The position numbers were made by a program, and so were the translations under genes. A stretch of 64,000 nucleotides of DNA from an uncultured Oscillospiraceae bacterium (GTDB lineage Bacteria > Bacillota > Clostridia > Oscillospirales > QAMX01), in contig CAYWVF010000009.1 in assembly GCA_964461815.1 (NCBI GenBank), positions 17,522-81,521 on the forward strand, written 5' to 3'. The notes under the pieces were generated by a model that was given only the letters and a program-made list of their open reading frames with translations, did no database searches and was not told where the DNA came from. Of this stretch, positions 62,927 to 64,000 are shown piece after piece. Within the stretch, counting starts at the first letter, position 1; every line of letters begins with the position of its first letter.

Positions 62927-64000
62927 TTATTTAAAGTTGATTTTTTTACGCTCGATCCTGCCCCATTGCAGCTTCTTCTTCCTGTAGCCTATGAACGCAG
63001 TCGCTCTTACCCACGCAAGCACGAAGCGCAGGCAGGTTATCTCGAAAAGACAGAGCAGACATGCCTTGACCGCATCTCTGAACGTCACCTTCAGGTTGGA
63101 GGTGTACATCCTGGAGAAGAATGCCGTAAGTGACAGTACGCTGCCGAAAATCGCATATATTAGGAAGAACAGCAGCATAAAGGGTACGTTTATAAGATCG
63201 ACACAAAATGCCAGAACCATAGTGAACACGCCGAATATCTCTATAAAGGGCGAGAGCAGCTCATAGATGAGGAAGTACAGGTAGGAGATAAAGCTGACGA
63301 GTCCGAACTTATGATTGAACAGCAGCTTCCTGTGCTTCAGCATCGTCTGGAACAGTCCCAAATGCCAACGCTTACGCTGCTTTTTGAGGTCACCCAGCTT
63401 TTCGGGTGCCTGAGTCCAGCAGATAGCGTCGGTAGCGTAGCATATGCTGTAGTCCATGTTGTTCACTCTACAGTACTCGTGAAGCTTTACCACAAGCTCC
63501 ATGTCCTCACCCATCGTCTTGCTGTCGTAGCCTCCTGCGGCAATGACCACATCCTTTTTGAATAGCCCGAACGCACCCGAGATTATCAGAGTACCGTTGA
63601 ATTTGTCAAAGAGTATGCGTGAAGCCAGAAAGGAGCGGTCGTACTCGAGAACCTGCATGGCTGCAAGAATATTTTTCGGCAGACGGTATTTCTTTACACG
63701 GCAGTTTTCAAGCTCAACGTCATTTGAAAGACGAACGAGTCCGCCTACCGCCACGACGTTTTCCCTTTGAAGCACCGGCTGAGTGATATTCTTAAGTGAG
63801 TCGTATTGCAATACGGAGTCGGCATCCATGCAGATGAAGTAGGGATAGCTTGCGGCATTTATGCCCATGTTGAGAGCGTCTGCCTTACCTCCGTTTTTCT
63901 TTCGTATGACCGTCAGAGGTACCTTCGTCTCACGTGTCTCGTAGATGAACTCGTCCGGCTGACACTTTATCTGACGTCTGATAGGTCTTTGAACGGGATG
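62927..64000 (-). CDS. Processive family-2 glycosyltransferase (PgaC/IcaA/BcsA-like), 5' end beyond the window
   Basis: My manual translation shows the frame stays open upstream of the track's Met to position 64000 (..NGGKADALNMGINAA..). It contains CMDADS and a QRKRW (QxxRW) motif, with C-terminal TM helices. Confidence 0.8.
   Translation of the reverse strand, partial: HPVQRPIRRQIKCQPDEFIYETRETKVPLTVIRKKNGGKADALNMGINAASYPYFICMDADSVLQYDSLKNITQPVLQRENVVAVGGLVRLSNDVELENCRVKKYRLPKNILAAMQVLEYDRSFLASRILFDKFNGTLIISGAFGLFKKDVVIAAGGYDSKTMGEDMELVVKLHEYCRVNNMDYSICYATDAICWTQAPEKLGDLKKQRKRWHLGLFQTMLKHRKLLFNHKFGLVSFISYLYFLIYELLSPFIEIFGVFTMVLAFCVDLINVPFMLLFFLIYAIFGSVLSLTAFFSRMYTSNLKVTFRDAVKACLLCLFEITCLRFVLAWVRATAFIGYRKKKLQWGRIERKKINFK

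Overview
This 64-kb chromosomal window comes from a spore-forming Firmicute, probably a Clostridia or Ruminococcaceae-like gut organism. Supporting signals are a CIRCE/HrcA heat-shock operon, T-box leaders, dpaAB and a DUF1540 gene. The window spans the replication origin. From left to right it contains: clpC (5' truncated); the hrcA-grpE-dnaK-dnaJ operon behind a perfect CIRCE; several intracellular glycoside hydrolases (GH127-, GH78-, GH95-, GH20- and GH3-like) with one MFS transporter; a four-domain flavodiiron protein; smpB; a D-psicose 3-epimerase/polyol dehydrogenase pair; and mscL. A tightly packed minus-strand block follows: dnaA-dnaN-yaaA-recF-remB-gyrB-gyrA-GH3-parA-parB. The dnaA-dnaN spacer holds a DnaA-box cluster at a gene-orientation switch, which I predict to be oriC. 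To the right lie a Thr T-box plus thrS, dpaAB, a split-transketolase/kinase/isomerase/phosphatase sugar operon, a trpBA-only operon behind a Trp (UGG) T-box, long-form leuA behind a leader terminator, trkAH, and a GGDEF / EAL / DivIVA-like / processive GT2 cluster cut by the window end. I saw no CRISPR array, transposase, integrase, prophage, rRNA or tRNA gene, and no obvious defence island. Most of the window is housekeeping or carbohydrate metabolism. There are four main candidates for something not yet described. (1) The transketolase-dependent rare-sugar operon with its divergent mini GH42-like gene. (2) The c-di-GMP-associated GT2/DivIVA-like/EAL operon. (3) A pair of mutually exclusive hairpins between dnaK and dnaJ. 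(4) A nuclease-fold gene translationally coupled to dnaJ. All functional calls rest on motif recognition by eye; no database search was run.
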